Source of the DNA: Candidatus Latescibacterota bacterium
GTDB taxonomy: Bacteria > Latescibacterota > UBA2968 > UBA8231
Direction of reading: 5' to 3'
DNA: 64,000 nt
Assembly (NCBI GenBank): GCA_965215195.1
Contig: CBDCDC010000001.1
Span: forward strand, 544,001 to 608,000
Shown: one piece after another, positions 39,313 to 49,691 of the stretch
Position numbering within the stretch: the stretch's first letter is position 1
How the letters are laid out: every line of letters begins with the position of its first letter
Program-made: the position numbers and the translations under genes
Notes under the pieces: model-generated
What the model was told of the DNA's origin: nothing
The model's input: only the letters and a program-made list of their open reading frames with translations
The model's database searches: none

Positions 39313-40131
39313 TCACAGGGCGGCGGCAAGGCCCTTGAGGTAGTGCAGGCTGCCGGCGGCAATGGTGCGCGGATCCGGGCTAAAATCGAACACTTCCACC
39401 GAGACGTAGCCCTGATAGTCCAGCTCCGTTAGCGTCCGCAGGACGCTGGCGAAGTCGGTGTTGCCAAAGCCCGGGCCGCGCTTGTTGGCGTCGTTGACGT
39501 GGACGTGATAGAGGTGCTGGCCGGAGTCGCGCAAAAGCTGGGCGAGCGGAATTTCCTCGGTTGAGCCGGAGCACACATCGACCATGGTTTGGAAGTGCGG
39601 GTGGTCGATCTCGGCGACCATTTTGCGCGCTTCCGCACAGGTAGAGACGATGTTCGTCTGTTCCTTGCTCAGGGACTCTATGCACAGATAGACGCCGTGC
39701 TGTTGGGCCAACTCCAAGCTGTCTTCAAACGCCCCGCGCATGCGGTTCCAGCACGCTTGGTAATCCCACCCCTCCTGCACGTTGCGCTGCATGGGCGAGC
39801 CAATGACCATCACTCGGCCGCCGAGGTCGCCGCAAAATTGGACTAACTCCTTGAAGTACGCGCAGGTGCGCTGGTAAATGGCCGGGTCGGGATGGGTGAT
39901 GTACAGCCCGTCGGGGCTGGCTAAAAGCCAGTGCAGACCGGCGATTTCCACGCCAGCGCGTTCGGCGGCCGCGCGGATTTGGGCGCGGCGCACCGCCGGG
40001 ATGTCTTCGACGCTGTCGGCGAGGGTAAAGGGGGCGATTTCCACGGCGGCGTATCCGAGGTCAGCCGCATAGTCGAAGACCTCTTCGATGGGCCAGTCGG
40101 TGAAGTACTCGTTACAAGTGGCGAATTTCAT
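39313..40131 (-). CDS. Sugar phosphate isomerase/epimerase (TIM barrel)
   Basis: GYAAVEIAP, CIESL, HVHVNDANKRGPGFG, YVSVEVF. Confidence 0.88.
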   Translation of the reverse strand: MKFATCNEYFTDWPIEEVFDYAADLGYAAVEIAPFTLADSVEDIPAVRRAQIRAAAERAGVEIAGLHWLLASPDGLYITHPDPAIYQRTCAYFKELVQFCGDLGGRVMVIGSPMQRNVQEGWDYQACWNRMRGAFEDSLELAQQHGVYLCIESLSKEQTNIVSTCAEARKMVAEIDHPHFQTMVDVCSGSTEEIPLAQLLRDSGQHLYHVHVNDANKRGPGFGNTDFASVLRTLTELDYQGYVSVEVFDFSPDPRTIAAGSLHYLKGLAAAL

Positions 40132-40185
40132 GCGGGGTGCTCCTTGGGGGGTTGGGTGCGGCGACGCTTTGGGCCGGATGATGGT

Positions 40186-41088
40186 TTATTCGCATACGAC
40201 GCCGTCGCCATCTGCGTCGTACATAAATGAATAAGCCGAGTGATTGCTTGACACCGGAGCTATGCCATGCTGTCGCGCCTCCGCGCACGTGATGCGCCCG
40301 TTGCCGTCATCGTCATACTCGCTAAGGGCATCTGAGCTTGTCAGCGCAACTTCAGGCGGATCGCCGGGTTGCCAGTTATCGTAAAACTCGCTAAGCGCAT
40401 CTGAGCTTGTCAGCCTAACTTCCGAGACCTCGGACGCACAATCCATAAACTCCATCTCGACCGAGGAACAGGCCGCCAGTATGCGCTCTAGTGCTTCGGC
40501 CTCCCGGCGGTCAATAGTGAGGCCATACTTTTGCCGCACTGCGACGATGCGCTGGGCAAACCAACACTTATTTATAGGCGGTAGCCATTCGGCCCCGTCG
40601 TAGTGCTGCTTATGGCGGCGGTTTAATTCAGGGCTGGCCAGCGTCAGATTGAGCGGATCGGCCGCAAAGGCCCGGCGAGTGGAATCAGGGGCCGCGCACA
40701 GTCCGCTATCGTGCGCCTCGGAAAGCGCGACGATGTGCTCAATGTCCGTTTCCCCCCGGCTAGCAAAACAGCGTTCCGTGTAGGGGCTGTAGATGCTGCC
40801 GAGTTCTTCGATAATAGCAAGCTCGACAGACTGCGGGTAGTGATAGTCGCTACGATCATACGGGGAACATCTGCTTTCGGGCCGAATCTCGATTCCCTGC
40901 CAGTGACTCGCTGCATTCCCAATCGCATGGTCTTGGCCATCGTGCTCCTGTGCAGTAGTGAGTTTCCCCCGTCGATAGCTGTCTGTATTACCAGTATGAT
41001 CTCTACTGCCGTCAATGGGATTGTCATCGTCGCCGCAGGCGATGAACAGGGCATTGGCGAGCAAAATAGTGTATTTGCAGACTCTCAT
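40186..41088 (-). CDS. Lipoprotein with HNH/DUF1524-like nuclease and Excalibur Ca-binding domain
   Basis: Lipobox FIAC; DIEHIVALSEAHDSG...NLTLASPELNR..K; CAEAR...DADGDGVVCE. Confidence 0.85.
   Translation of the reverse strand: MRVCKYTILLANALFIACGDDDNPIDGSRDHTGNTDSYRRGKLTTAQEHDGQDHAIGNAASHWQGIEIRPESRCSPYDRSDYHYPQSVELAIIEELGSIYSPYTERCFASRGETDIEHIVALSEAHDSGLCAAPDSTRRAFAADPLNLTLASPELNRRHKQHYDGAEWLPPINKCWFAQRIVAVRQKYGLTIDRREAEALERILAACSSVEMEFMDCASEVSEVRLTSSDALSEFYDNWQPGDPPEVALTSSDALSEYDDDGNGRITCAEARQHGIAPVSSNHSAYSFMYDADGDGVVCE
40317..40422 (-). repeat. Intragenic 37-bp direct repeat (69-bp period; EVxLTSSDALSE x2)
   Basis: actcgctaag(g/c)gcatctgagcttgtcagc..aacttc at 40317 and 40386. Confidence 0.85.
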
Positions 41089-41149
41089 GTATGATCTCCT
41101 CGTTGGGGGACGGAAACGCCCAATCCGCCTCGGCGACTGACCGCTTGGG

Positions 41150-41198
41150 ACTGTAACCTAAAGGAAACAGAATACTGTAACCTAAAGGAAACAGAATA
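41150..41198. repeat. Perfect 24-bp intergenic tandem duplication
   Basis: actgtaacctaaaggaaacagaat x2. Confidence 0.95.
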
Positions 41199-41289
41199 GG
41201 GAATCAAAGGATACACTAGCCACTGTCTCCTCCACTGACTCGCCTCGTGGCACGGTCATTGCAAGAGTCCAGACAAAGGAGGCAGGACT

Positions 41290-42831
41290 ATGTGGCGACT
41301 GTTGGTGTTGGTGTTGGTCGGCCCGGTGTGGGCCGAGGAGAATTTGGGGGAGGAGGACGCGGGATACTTGGAGCAGCGGTTGGACGACTTGAGAGGGTTA
41401 GACGCGGCGTCCGTGCGGTGGCGGGTGCGCGGGGCCGAGGCGGCTTGGGAGCGGTGGCAGTTGTATCAGCGGGTGGAGGTTTCGCCAGCCAGCGGACAGG
41501 CGTTTTTTGGCTTGGCCGAGCGCGATCCCGGCGAGTCCGGGTGGAGCGATTTTAGGACGTTTTACTACGCAGTGCAGAGCCAGCGATCCGAATGGGTCGT
41601 CGGCGATCTGCGGCCCGGCACGGGCGCGGGCTTGGTGTTTGGACGCAGCCGGCGCGGGAGTATCGCGCCGAGGATGCCGGCCGGAGACAGTCGGCGCTTG
41701 GGCTATCGCTCTAGTGGGGAGAATCATGCCCTGCGCGGCGCGGCGTGGCGCTACGAGGGCCGCGCGTGGGGTGGGATGTTGCTCGGGGGCTGGACGCGCC
41801 GGGACGGGCGTTTGGACGAACAGGGCCGGGTGCGGTCCCTGCCCGAAAGCGGCTATCACGTGACCGCGACCGAGGTGGCCGGCCGCGACCTGCTGGGCCT
41901 CCGCGCTGGCGGCGGTCGGCTGCACTGGCGGGGCGAGCATTGGCAGTGGGGCACGACCTTGCTGGCCTTGGACTTTTCCCATCACATCGACTTGCGTCGG
42001 GACGGGCGGACGCCTTGGGGTTTTGTCGGCAACAAGCAGCGCATGGGGGCCGTGGATGTGCGCGTGGGTTGGGACCGGGGTCGAGCGGCGTTGGAGGTGG
42101 CCGGCGATGGGGTGGAGCACTGGGGGATGGTCGGGGAACTGCGAGTGCGGTATAGAGGTCTGCGGCTGCGGACGCTGGGCCGCTACTACGCGCCGGGGTT
42201 CCACAGCTTCTTTGGCGCGGCCCCGGGGACCTCGGCCATGCAGAACGAACGGGGCGGCGTCGCCGAGGTCAGCGGGCGGGGCTGGCGCGGCTATGTGGAT
42301 GTGTACCGCCGACCTGCGCGCTCCTACTTCATACCCGTGCCGGCCACGTATGCTACTTGGGGAGCCGAGCTAAAGAGGCGGTTGGGACGCGGCTGGGCAA
42401 TGCGCGGGCAGTGGCAGAGACGCCTGCGGCCGCACTGGGCGGACGAGCAGTTGGCCCAAGAGCGCAGCCACAAGTGGCGCGTAGATGTGGAGCGAGGCGC
42501 GTGGCGTTGGCGCAGCGAGGTGGTGCGCTGGCACCGCGCCGCTCGCGCCGAGTGGGGTCTGTTGGGCAGTGTGCGATTCAAGGTGCGCTGGGTCACCTTG
42601 CACGTGAGCCGCTTCCGCACGAATTCGTATGCCTCGCGCATCTACGAGTACGAATACGATCTGCCCGGGGCGGTGAGCATTCGCCCGCTCTACGGCACGG
42701 GCTGGCGCGGCTATGGGATGGTCGCGGTCACTTGGCGGGGATGGGTGCTGAGCGGGCGCTACCGGGTGCAGCGCGACGAGCGGATTAGGCGCTACGGCGG
42801 GGTGCAGGTGGACTGGACGAGGGGCGATTAG
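41290..42831 (+). CDS. Putative outer-membrane beta-barrel (similar to FCB-group helix-hairpin-helix-associated barrel proteins)
   Basis: Signal peptide; G/W/R-rich alternating strands; VVGD..PGTGAGLV; YASRIYEYEYDLPG..SI..LYG. Confidence 0.6.
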   Translation: MWRLLVLVLVGPVWAEENLGEEDAGYLEQRLDDLRGLDAASVRWRVRGAEAAWERWQLYQRVEVSPASGQAFFGLAERDPGESGWSDFRTFYYAVQSQRSEWVVGDLRPGTGAGLVFGRSRRGSIAPRMPAGDSRRLGYRSSGENHALRGAAWRYEGRAWGGMLLGGWTRRDGRLDEQGRVRSLPESGYHVTATEVAGRDLLGLRAGGGRLHWRGEHWQWGTTLLALDFSHHIDLRRDGRTPWGFVGNKQRMGAVDVRVGWDRGRAALEVAGDGVEHWGMVGELRVRYRGLRLRTLGRYYAPGFHSFFGAAPGTSAMQNERGGVAEVSGRGWRGYVDVYRRPARSYFIPVPATYATWGAELKRRLGRGWAMRGQWQRRLRPHWADEQLAQERSHKWRVDVERGAWRWRSEVVRWHRAARAEWGLLGSVRFKVRWVTLHVSRFRTNSYASRIYEYEYDLPGAVSIRPLYGTGWRGYGMVAVTWRGWVLSGRYRVQRDERIRRYGGVQVDWTRGD

Positions 42832-42914
42832 GCCCCTTGCGTCTGAATGGCGTTAAATTGTTTATTAAAGCATATCTAGAGCAACTCAACCGCCGCTTGG
42901 ATCAACCGAGATAA

Positions 42915-43253
42915 ATGGACTGGCATTCGTCGATCAAACCGTATCCGTCCACACTCCGAGCGGTTCGACTGTATTTTAACATTGTTGTCCGAGCGGCGGT
43001 CTTGGCGCTGATTTGGGGTGTTCTATTAGCTATCGGCACATGTCTCAATTGGCTGATAGACTTAGCACTGGGAGCATTCGATGCCTCTGAAAAGGTTAAA
43101 AATGTCTCGCTGCAGATCTCTCTTGGGTACATTATTGCGTTAGGAGTTGCAGCGACTTTGACTAGCCTAAAGGACGTGTGGGATTTGACACTCGCTAGCC
43201 TACGCAAGTCTTCCGCCGACGAAGCGGACGATCATCAGAAAGAAAAAAAATGA
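42915..43253 (+). CDS. Hypothetical membrane protein
   Basis: Two hydrophobic segments; low GC. Confidence 0.55.
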   Translation: MDWHSSIKPYPSTLRAVRLYFNIVVRAAVLALIWGVLLAIGTCLNWLIDLALGAFDASEKVKNVSLQISLGYIIALGVAATLTSLKDVWDLTLASLRKSSADEADDHQKEKK

Positions 43254-43873
43254 AAAAAGCCCTTCTTCCCGTTGGAGATTTCAAGCTGGCAATCGCATAT
43301 ACTACGGGGTGGATGCTCGCGTTTTGGGTGATAGAACATCCCATAGGCGATTGGGCGGTAACGGCGGTCATCTTGTATGGGTCGCTGTGGCTATCGAGAG
43401 AGGTCGTTTCAGCCTTGATACTATTTGTAGAAGAGCACCTGCAAGGGTACGCAAAGCGCATTGGCCAGAAGGCAGGCGTTGAACTTTGCGTGGACTCACC
43501 CCCTGAATACAACCTGCGGGATAAGTTGCTCTTTGTCGCCCTTTTCTTGCTAGCGTGTTTTACTATTATCGGCCTTTCGCTGATCGCCGGGCTCCCTGCA
43601 GTCGGTCTGTATGGACTTACTCCACTGCCTTCCTCTTTTAACTGGATAGCTTGGGGACTCTTTCTCGTTGGGGGGATCGGTGTATCCCTGATATTTGGGA
43701 TTGTGATGTGGCTGTTGTCTTCTGCCGCCGCCGAGCTTGACGTTGCTATTGCCTTCAAACAGGTCCCTGCCGCCGTCAACCGCAAACCGACCGAATTAGA
43801 ATTCCGTCTATTATTTTTGTACTTACTCCTGTTGTATCGCTTTCATCTGCAATTCGGTCGTCGCCAACCGTAA
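43250..43873 (+). CDS. Hypothetical multi-pass membrane protein
   Basis: Four to five hydrophobic segments; ATGA-coupled to the previous ORF; low GC. Confidence 0.55.
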   Translation: MKKALLPVGDFKLAIAYTTGWMLAFWVIEHPIGDWAVTAVILYGSLWLSREVVSALILFVEEHLQGYAKRIGQKAGVELCVDSPPEYNLRDKLLFVALFLLACFTIIGLSLIAGLPAVGLYGLTPLPSSFNWIAWGLFLVGGIGVSLIFGIVMWLLSSAAAELDVAIAFKQVPAAVNRKPTELEFRLLFLYLLLLYRFHLQFGRRQP

Positions 43874-43930
43874 GGTCCGCCCCGCCCTCCCATAGGGCAG
43901 CTACGAGGGGCGATCTTGCAGACTTGTTGC

Positions 43931-46570
43931 ATGAGATACCTTCTATTGCTCCTCGCCGCTTGCTTGGCCGTCGTTGAGGTCGGCGCGGCCCCCCAAACCG
44001 GGCACATCCACGCCCTGACCATCTTCGCGCACTTTGCCGACGAGGGCGGCTTGGGCCGCGAAGCCCCGTCTTTTGCGAAGCGAATTTTCGCCGAGCAGGC
44101 GGGCAGCCTGACCCACTTCTACCGCGAGATGTCGCGCGGGCAGTTCGCGCTCACCGGCGAGGTCCTGCCCCGCTGGTATGCGTCCCGCAGCAATGCCGCC
44201 GCGTACGCGGGCGCCGAGGGCGGTTATGGCCGCTTTGCCCGCGAGGTCATACAGGCCGTTGATGCCGACGTGGATTTTGGCCGCTACGACAACGACGGCC
44301 CCGACCGAGTGCCCAACTCCGGCGACGACGATGGATACGTGGATTTCATTTTTATCGTCTCGGCCTCGGCCCCGACGGGCTTTATAATCGAAGAAGCCAC
44401 GGGCGTCGCCCAGCTCGGGTTGGGCAGCGACTTTGTGAGCCAAGACCGCGCCCAGCGCGGTGGCTTCATCCAGATCCGCTCGAAAAGCGGTGCCGTGCAG
44501 CGCGGGCGGTCTTTTGCCGAAGCTGTGGGCATCATGGCACACGAGTTTGGGCACTTTCTGGGGCTGCCCGACCTGTACGACCGCGAATTTGAGTCCGAGC
44601 CGGACGACGACTCGGGCGGCATTGGCTACTGGGGGTTGATGGGGCACGGCAATCGAGGCTGGGACGAGGTAGATGGCCCCAACCCCTTTTGCGCTTGGAG
44701 CTTGGGGCAGCTCGGTTGGCTGGGGGTAAACAACCAACAACTCAAAGTGCTGAGCGCGGATCGGGACGACGTGGTCTTTGCCGATGTCAACGCCGGCGGC
44801 GACGTGTATTTGCTGCCCGCGTCCGCGCCGGCCGAGCACTTTTTTCTCGTGGAGTTTCGCAGCCGCCAGCACAGCTACTACGAGCGCAATCTGCCCGGCG
44901 AAGGCTTGCTAATCTGGCGCGTAAATCCCAATCGCAACGGCAATAATGCAGAAACCAACAAACAGGTGGATTTAGTCTGCGCCGATGGGCTTTTTGGCGA
45001 TGCGGGCTTCCCCTTGGGCCGCCAGCCATCCCCGTTTAGCGGCCGCGACAACCTCGACTTTTGGGCGCACGACGAGCGCTATCGCACGGATTTTGGCGGC
45101 AATTTAGGCGACGCCACCGACGCGTTTGACGGCGAGCAATTTACCGACTTCTGGGCTGCATCCAATCCGGCTGCTACCCCTGGGGTTAGTGTGACCCGCA
45201 TCCGCCGCGAGGGCGAGCGGATGGTGGCCGACCTCAAGCTGCAAGACCGCCGCCGCGCCGGCCCAATTGCCGACATCGAGGTGTGGGACGACCGCATTGA
45301 GGTGGTCGGCGACGTGACCGTCCTGCCCGCAGGGCACCTCGATGTTCGCGCTGATGCGCAAGTGTTGGTGGGGCCGGACGCGCTGGCTGCGGGCGCGGAT
45401 ACGGCGCGCGTGGAGCTGATGGTGTACGGCGATCTTAGCGTCGGCGTTTCAGGGCGAGGGCAGGCTGTCTTCCGCTCGGCCGCGGCCGAGCCGCAGCCCG
45501 GGGCTTGGCAGGGCATCGTGCTGCACCCAACGGCCTCGGCCTATTTGCGCCGCGCCCGCATCGAAGACGCCCGCTATGGCCTATGGGCCGAAAAGGTCGA
45601 CCACGCCCTGACCTTGGAAGACGTGACAATCCGCCACGTCAGCGCGGACGGCATTCGCTTAGAAAAGGTCGAAGAGGAAATTCTCTTTGACCGCGTGCAG
45701 GTCGAGGAAGCGGGTGGAGTGGGCATTTGGATCGCCGGCTCGGGCTTGACGCGGATAAACCAAGCCGAGTTGCGCGCCAATGGCCGCGCTGGTCTCTGGC
45801 GCGAAGGCGGGTTTTTGTCGTTGCGCGACAGTCGCTTCAATGCCAATGGCTCGGCCGTGCCCGAAGAGGCCAACTTGGTCTTGGGGCGGGGGGCTAGCGG
45901 CGAGGTGGCGGGCAATGCGTTTGCCGGTGGGATCGGGATTTACTGCGTGGAGACGCGAGAAGTCGAAATCGAGGACAACACCCTGCACAACCACGAGGTC
46001 GGCCTTTGGTCAAAAAGCGCACGCCCGCGCATTGTGCGCAATCAATTCTTCCGCAATGCGTTGGCCCTGCGGGTGGAGGGGAGCGCGGTGCCGGCGCGGC
46101 TGGTCTTGAACGGCGTCCAAGGCAGCGAGCAATTGCTCGACAACGAGGCCAACCAACCGCTGCAGGCGATCAACAACTGGTGGGGGGGCGATGACGAGGG
46201 GTGGATCGAGGCCCGGATCAGCGGCGATGTTAGCTGGCGGCCCTTCCTCAACTTCGACCCGCGCCGGCCCTTGGACTTTGCCTTGGGGCAGAATTACCCC
46301 AACCCGTTCAACGAGGCTACGCACATCGACTATCAGATCGGGATCAACGACCCCATCATCGCCGGCCAGACTAGGGTCGAGCTCGAAATCCGCACCTTGA
46401 CCGGCGGCTTGGTGCGGCGCTTGGTCGATGGATTGGCGGCCCCGGGTTTGTACAGCACCTCTTGGGATGGCCGCGACGAGCGGGGCGAGCGCGTGGCCAG
46501 CGGTATGTACTACTATGTGTTGCGCGTCGGGCCGATTGCCCACGCCAAAAAAATGGTCTTTATCAAATGA
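43931..46570 (+). CDS. Second secreted M6-family metalloprotease with beta-helix and FlgD-Ig C-terminal domain
   Basis: Signal peptide; HEFGHFLGLPDLYD; QNYPNPFN...WDGRDERGERVASGMYYY. Confidence 0.85.
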   Translation: MRYLLLLLAACLAVVEVGAAPQTGHIHALTIFAHFADEGGLGREAPSFAKRIFAEQAGSLTHFYREMSRGQFALTGEVLPRWYASRSNAAAYAGAEGGYGRFAREVIQAVDADVDFGRYDNDGPDRVPNSGDDDGYVDFIFIVSASAPTGFIIEEATGVAQLGLGSDFVSQDRAQRGGFIQIRSKSGAVQRGRSFAEAVGIMAHEFGHFLGLPDLYDREFESEPDDDSGGIGYWGLMGHGNRGWDEVDGPNPFCAWSLGQLGWLGVNNQQLKVLSADRDDVVFADVNAGGDVYLLPASAPAEHFFLVEFRSRQHSYYERNLPGEGLLIWRVNPNRNGNNAETNKQVDLVCADGLFGDAGFPLGRQPSPFSGRDNLDFWAHDERYRTDFGGNLGDATDAFDGEQFTDFWAASNPAATPGVSVTRIRREGERMVADLKLQDRRRAGPIADIEVWDDRIEVVGDVTVLPAGHLDVRADAQVLVGPDALAAGADTARVELMVYGDLSVGVSGRGQAVFRSAAAEPQPGAWQGIVLHPTASAYLRRARIEDARYGLWAEKVDHALTLEDVTIRHVSADGIRLEKVEEEILFDRVQVEEAGGVGIWIAGSGLTRINQAELRANGRAGLWREGGFLSLRDSRFNANGSAVPEEANLVLGRGASGEVAGNAFAGGIGIYCVETREVEIEDNTLHNHEVGLWSKSARPRIVRNQFFRNALALRVEGSAVPARLVLNGVQGSEQLLDNEANQPLQAINNWWGGDDEGWIEARISGDVSWRPFLNFDPRRPLDFALGQNYPNPFNEATHIDYQIGINDPIIAGQTRVELEIRTLTGGLVRRLVDGLAAPGLYSTSWDGRDERGERVASGMYYYVLRVGPIAHAKKMVFIK

Positions 46571-48111
46571 AAATCGAGGCGGACTATCTCGTTCTCGGCA
46601 GCGGTATTGCCGGTTTGTTCTTTGCCCTCAAAGCCGCTCAGCGCGGATCCGTGGCCGTGGTGACCAAACGCGAGCGGCGCGAGTCCAATACCCAATACGC
46701 GCAAGGCGGCATTGCCGCGGCCATGGATGCGGCCGATTCAGTAGCCAGCCACGCGCAGGACACGCTCGCGGCGGGCGCTGGCCTGTGCGACTGCGCGATC
46801 GTCGAAGGGGTGGTGGCCGAAGGGCCGGAGGTGGTGGCCGAGCTGCTGGCGATTGGTGCGCAGTTCAACGAATCGCGGTCCGGGGTGTTGGCGTTGGGGC
46901 GCGAGGGGGGCCACGCCCATGCGCGGGTGGTGCATGCGGATGATATGACCGGCCGCGAGGTGACGCGCGCCTTGGTCGCGGCCGTGCAAGCCCTGCCGCA
47001 GGTGACCCTGTACGATCACCACTTGGCCGTGGACTTAATCGTGGACGAGCAACGGCGTTGCCACGGGGCTTGGGTATTGGACTCGCAGCAAGCCGCGCCC
47101 ATCGCCGCCTTGGCACCGGTTACGCTGCTGGCTACGGGCGGCTGCGGGCAGGTCTTTTTGCACACCACCAACCCGTGCGTGGCCTCCGGCGATGGAGTCG
47201 CCATGGCTTGGCGGGCCGGAGCGAGGGTGGGCAACATGGAGTTTATGCAGTTCCACCCGACCATGCTCTACGATCCGGGGCGGCCCTCGTTCCTGATTAC
47301 CGAGGCTTTGCGCGGCTTTGGCGCCGTGCTGATCGACGAGCGCGGCGCGGCCTTCACCGACCCACTGCAGACGCGCGATGTGGTGTCGCGGGCCATTGTC
47401 GCGCAGATGCAGAAAAGCGGTGCCGAGTGCGTCTATTTGGACGTCACCGGCCAAGACGCCCACCAGACCCGCCGCCGCTTTCCCAACATCTATCGGTACT
47501 GTCTGGGGATGGGCGTAGAAATGACCGAGACGCCGATCCCGGTGGTGCCGGCGGCTCACTATAGCTGCGGTGGGGTGTGGACGGGTGTGCATGGCCAGAC
47601 GGATATTGCGGGTCTATACGCGGCTGGCGAGGTGGCGATGAGCGGGTTCCAAGGGGCCAACCGGCTGGCGAGCAATTCGCTGTTGGAAGGCTTGGTCTTT
47701 GCGCGGCGCGCCGTCGAGTACGCTAGGAAAGTCGCGCCCGGGGGCTGGTTCGAGATGGAGCATACGGGCGATTGCGTGGCGTCCGCTGCGCTAAAGGAGC
47801 GGCGGGCGTTGCTGCGGCGCTTGATGTGGGACGACGTGGGGATCGTGCGCAGCGACCGAGGCTTGGCGCAGGCTCAGGAGGCCACCGAGCAGATGGCGCG
47901 AGAAATTGAAGCCTTGTACCGCGAGCACCGGCTCGACGCCGAGCTAGTACAGCTACGCAGCTTGGCGACCGTGGCCGCGCTCATTGCCCGCTCGGCGCGG
48001 CAGCGCTTGGAAAGCCGCGGCGTCCACTACAACCGCGACCATCCCACACGCGACGATGCCGGCTGGCAGCGGCCGACGCTGCTGGTGCGGGACGAGGGAT
48101 CGGGACTTTAG
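46567..48111 (+). CDS. nadB: L-aspartate oxidase
   Basis: GSGIAG, AQGGIAA, REGGH, QFHPT, LITEALRG, GANRLASNSLLE. Confidence 0.95.
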   Translation: MKIEADYLVLGSGIAGLFFALKAAQRGSVAVVTKRERRESNTQYAQGGIAAAMDAADSVASHAQDTLAAGAGLCDCAIVEGVVAEGPEVVAELLAIGAQFNESRSGVLALGREGGHAHARVVHADDMTGREVTRALVAAVQALPQVTLYDHHLAVDLIVDEQRRCHGAWVLDSQQAAPIAALAPVTLLATGGCGQVFLHTTNPCVASGDGVAMAWRAGARVGNMEFMQFHPTMLYDPGRPSFLITEALRGFGAVLIDERGAAFTDPLQTRDVVSRAIVAQMQKSGAECVYLDVTGQDAHQTRRRFPNIYRYCLGMGVEMTETPIPVVPAAHYSCGGVWTGVHGQTDIAGLYAAGEVAMSGFQGANRLASNSLLEGLVFARRAVEYARKVAPGGWFEMEHTGDCVASAALKERRALLRRLMWDDVGIVRSDRGLAQAQEATEQMAREIEALYREHRLDAELVQLRSLATVAALIARSARQRLESRGVHYNRDHPTRDDAGWQRPTLLVRDEGSGL

Positions 48112-48257
48112 CCCGAATGGCACTAAGCGACAAGGCGGCGTCAAAAATACACTAGCGCCGCCCCCTCGAGGACCACTCCCACCTGCTTTTAGAGTCGCGT
48201 TTTTCGCAGCGGCCGCTCAGGCGGATGCGTTGGAAAGCCATGCGCTCATTAGCCACC

Positions 48258-49529
48258 TCACCTAGATTTTGCCACGCGATGCCAACACCAGCCGAGCAAG
48301 AGCAGCCCCAACCCACTGAGCCAGATTGTGCGCTCGACGAAAAACGCCAGCCCGAGGCAGGCGACTAAGCCCACTATGGCTATCCACCGAGGGAAGAGCC
48401 GCTGGGCGGCCGGCAAGCGCAGGGCGCAGAAGTTGGTGATGGCGTAATAGACCAGAATGGAGAAGGCGCTAAAGGACCAAGTGGTCTTGACGTTGCCCAC
48501 GAGGACCAGCCCGGCGATGGCTAGTCCGACGACCACCACGGCAATAGAAGGCGTGGTCTGATCCCGATTGAGGCGGGCAAGCGCCCGGGGCATATCCCCG
48601 CGACGGCCCATGGCCAGCAGGACTCGCGACAGACCGAGGATCAGGTTGAGGAGCACCCCGGCCATGGCGGTGATCGCTCCCAAGGCGAGGATTGAGGAGA
48701 CGCCGGGCGCGCCAAAGGTGCGGGCGATGACCCTTAGGGGAGCGGCCTCGTCCATGGTGGCCGCGTAGAACGCCTCCGACCCGGCGGCAGCTAGGGCGAC
48801 AGCACCGACGCCGATGTAGAGCATCATGGCGATGAGCAGGGCGGCGACGATGGCGCGGGGGATCGTCTTGCCGGGTTGGCGCACTTCTTCGCCAAGCGTG
48901 GCAATGCGACCGTAGCCCGTATAGGCGACGAACATCAGGGCACTGGCTTGCAACAGGGCCGACCCGCCTTGCTCTCCCAAGAAAGGCGTCAGGTGCAGGT
49001 TGTGCAGAGCAGTGGGTGTGCCGGCGACGATGAAGGCGATCAGCGAGCAAAGCGTCGCGGCGACGATGGCGACGTTGACCTTATTGGTGCGGTTGATGCC
49101 CAAGAGGGCGACGAGGGTGAGCGCTAGCACGGCTGCTAAGGCGACCGGGGTGATCAATCCGGTCTGCTCTAGCGCGTTGAGCAGGTAGCCGGCCAACCCC
49201 ATCGCCGCGGTGGCCGCGGTCGCGCTCTTGGCACAGAGGAACATCCACCCGGCAGTAAAGCCAATGGCCGGCGAAGCGTACTCATAGCCGTATTGATACG
49301 TGCCACCGCTGAGCGGATGGCTGGCGGCTAGTTGGGCGCTGGACAGGCCGTTGCAGAGGGCGACTAGCGCGGCAATGGCGATGGCGACCAAGACCGACGG
49401 TCCAGCGATGCCAGCGCCGATGCCAATGCTGACAAAGACGCCGGTGCCGACAATCGAACCCAAACCGAGGGCAATGGTGCCGATTAGGCCCAGTTCGGGG
49501 CGCAGGCGGGGTGGATGTGCGGAGGTCAT
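48258..49529 (-). CDS. APC-family amino acid permease
   Basis: GSIVGTGVF, SGGTY, FVAYTGY; about 12 TM helices. Confidence 0.9.
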   Translation of the reverse strand: MTSAHPPRLRPELGLIGTIALGLGSIVGTGVFVSIGIGAGIAGPSVLVAIAIAALVALCNGLSSAQLAASHPLSGGTYQYGYEYASPAIGFTAGWMFLCAKSATAATAAMGLAGYLLNALEQTGLITPVALAAVLALTLVALLGINRTNKVNVAIVAATLCSLIAFIVAGTPTALHNLHLTPFLGEQGGSALLQASALMFVAYTGYGRIATLGEEVRQPGKTIPRAIVAALLIAMMLYIGVGAVALAAAGSEAFYAATMDEAAPLRVIARTFGAPGVSSILALGAITAMAGVLLNLILGLSRVLLAMGRRGDMPRALARLNRDQTTPSIAVVVVGLAIAGLVLVGNVKTTWSFSAFSILVYYAITNFCALRLPAAQRLFPRWIAIVGLVACLGLAFFVERTIWLSGLGLLLLGWCWHRVAKSR

Positions 49530-49691
49530 GCGACCAAATATAGCTCGGCCGCGTCATTATAGGCAGCGAAAAGACTTCCGCGGCCGCGCTTGACTAGGTG
49601 CCTAAAGCCCCTTTACGTACTACTCATCGCTGAGCGCAGTGCTCATTAGCTGTAATTTACGGCCATCGCCCTTGTTCACTGGAGGTTTCCC

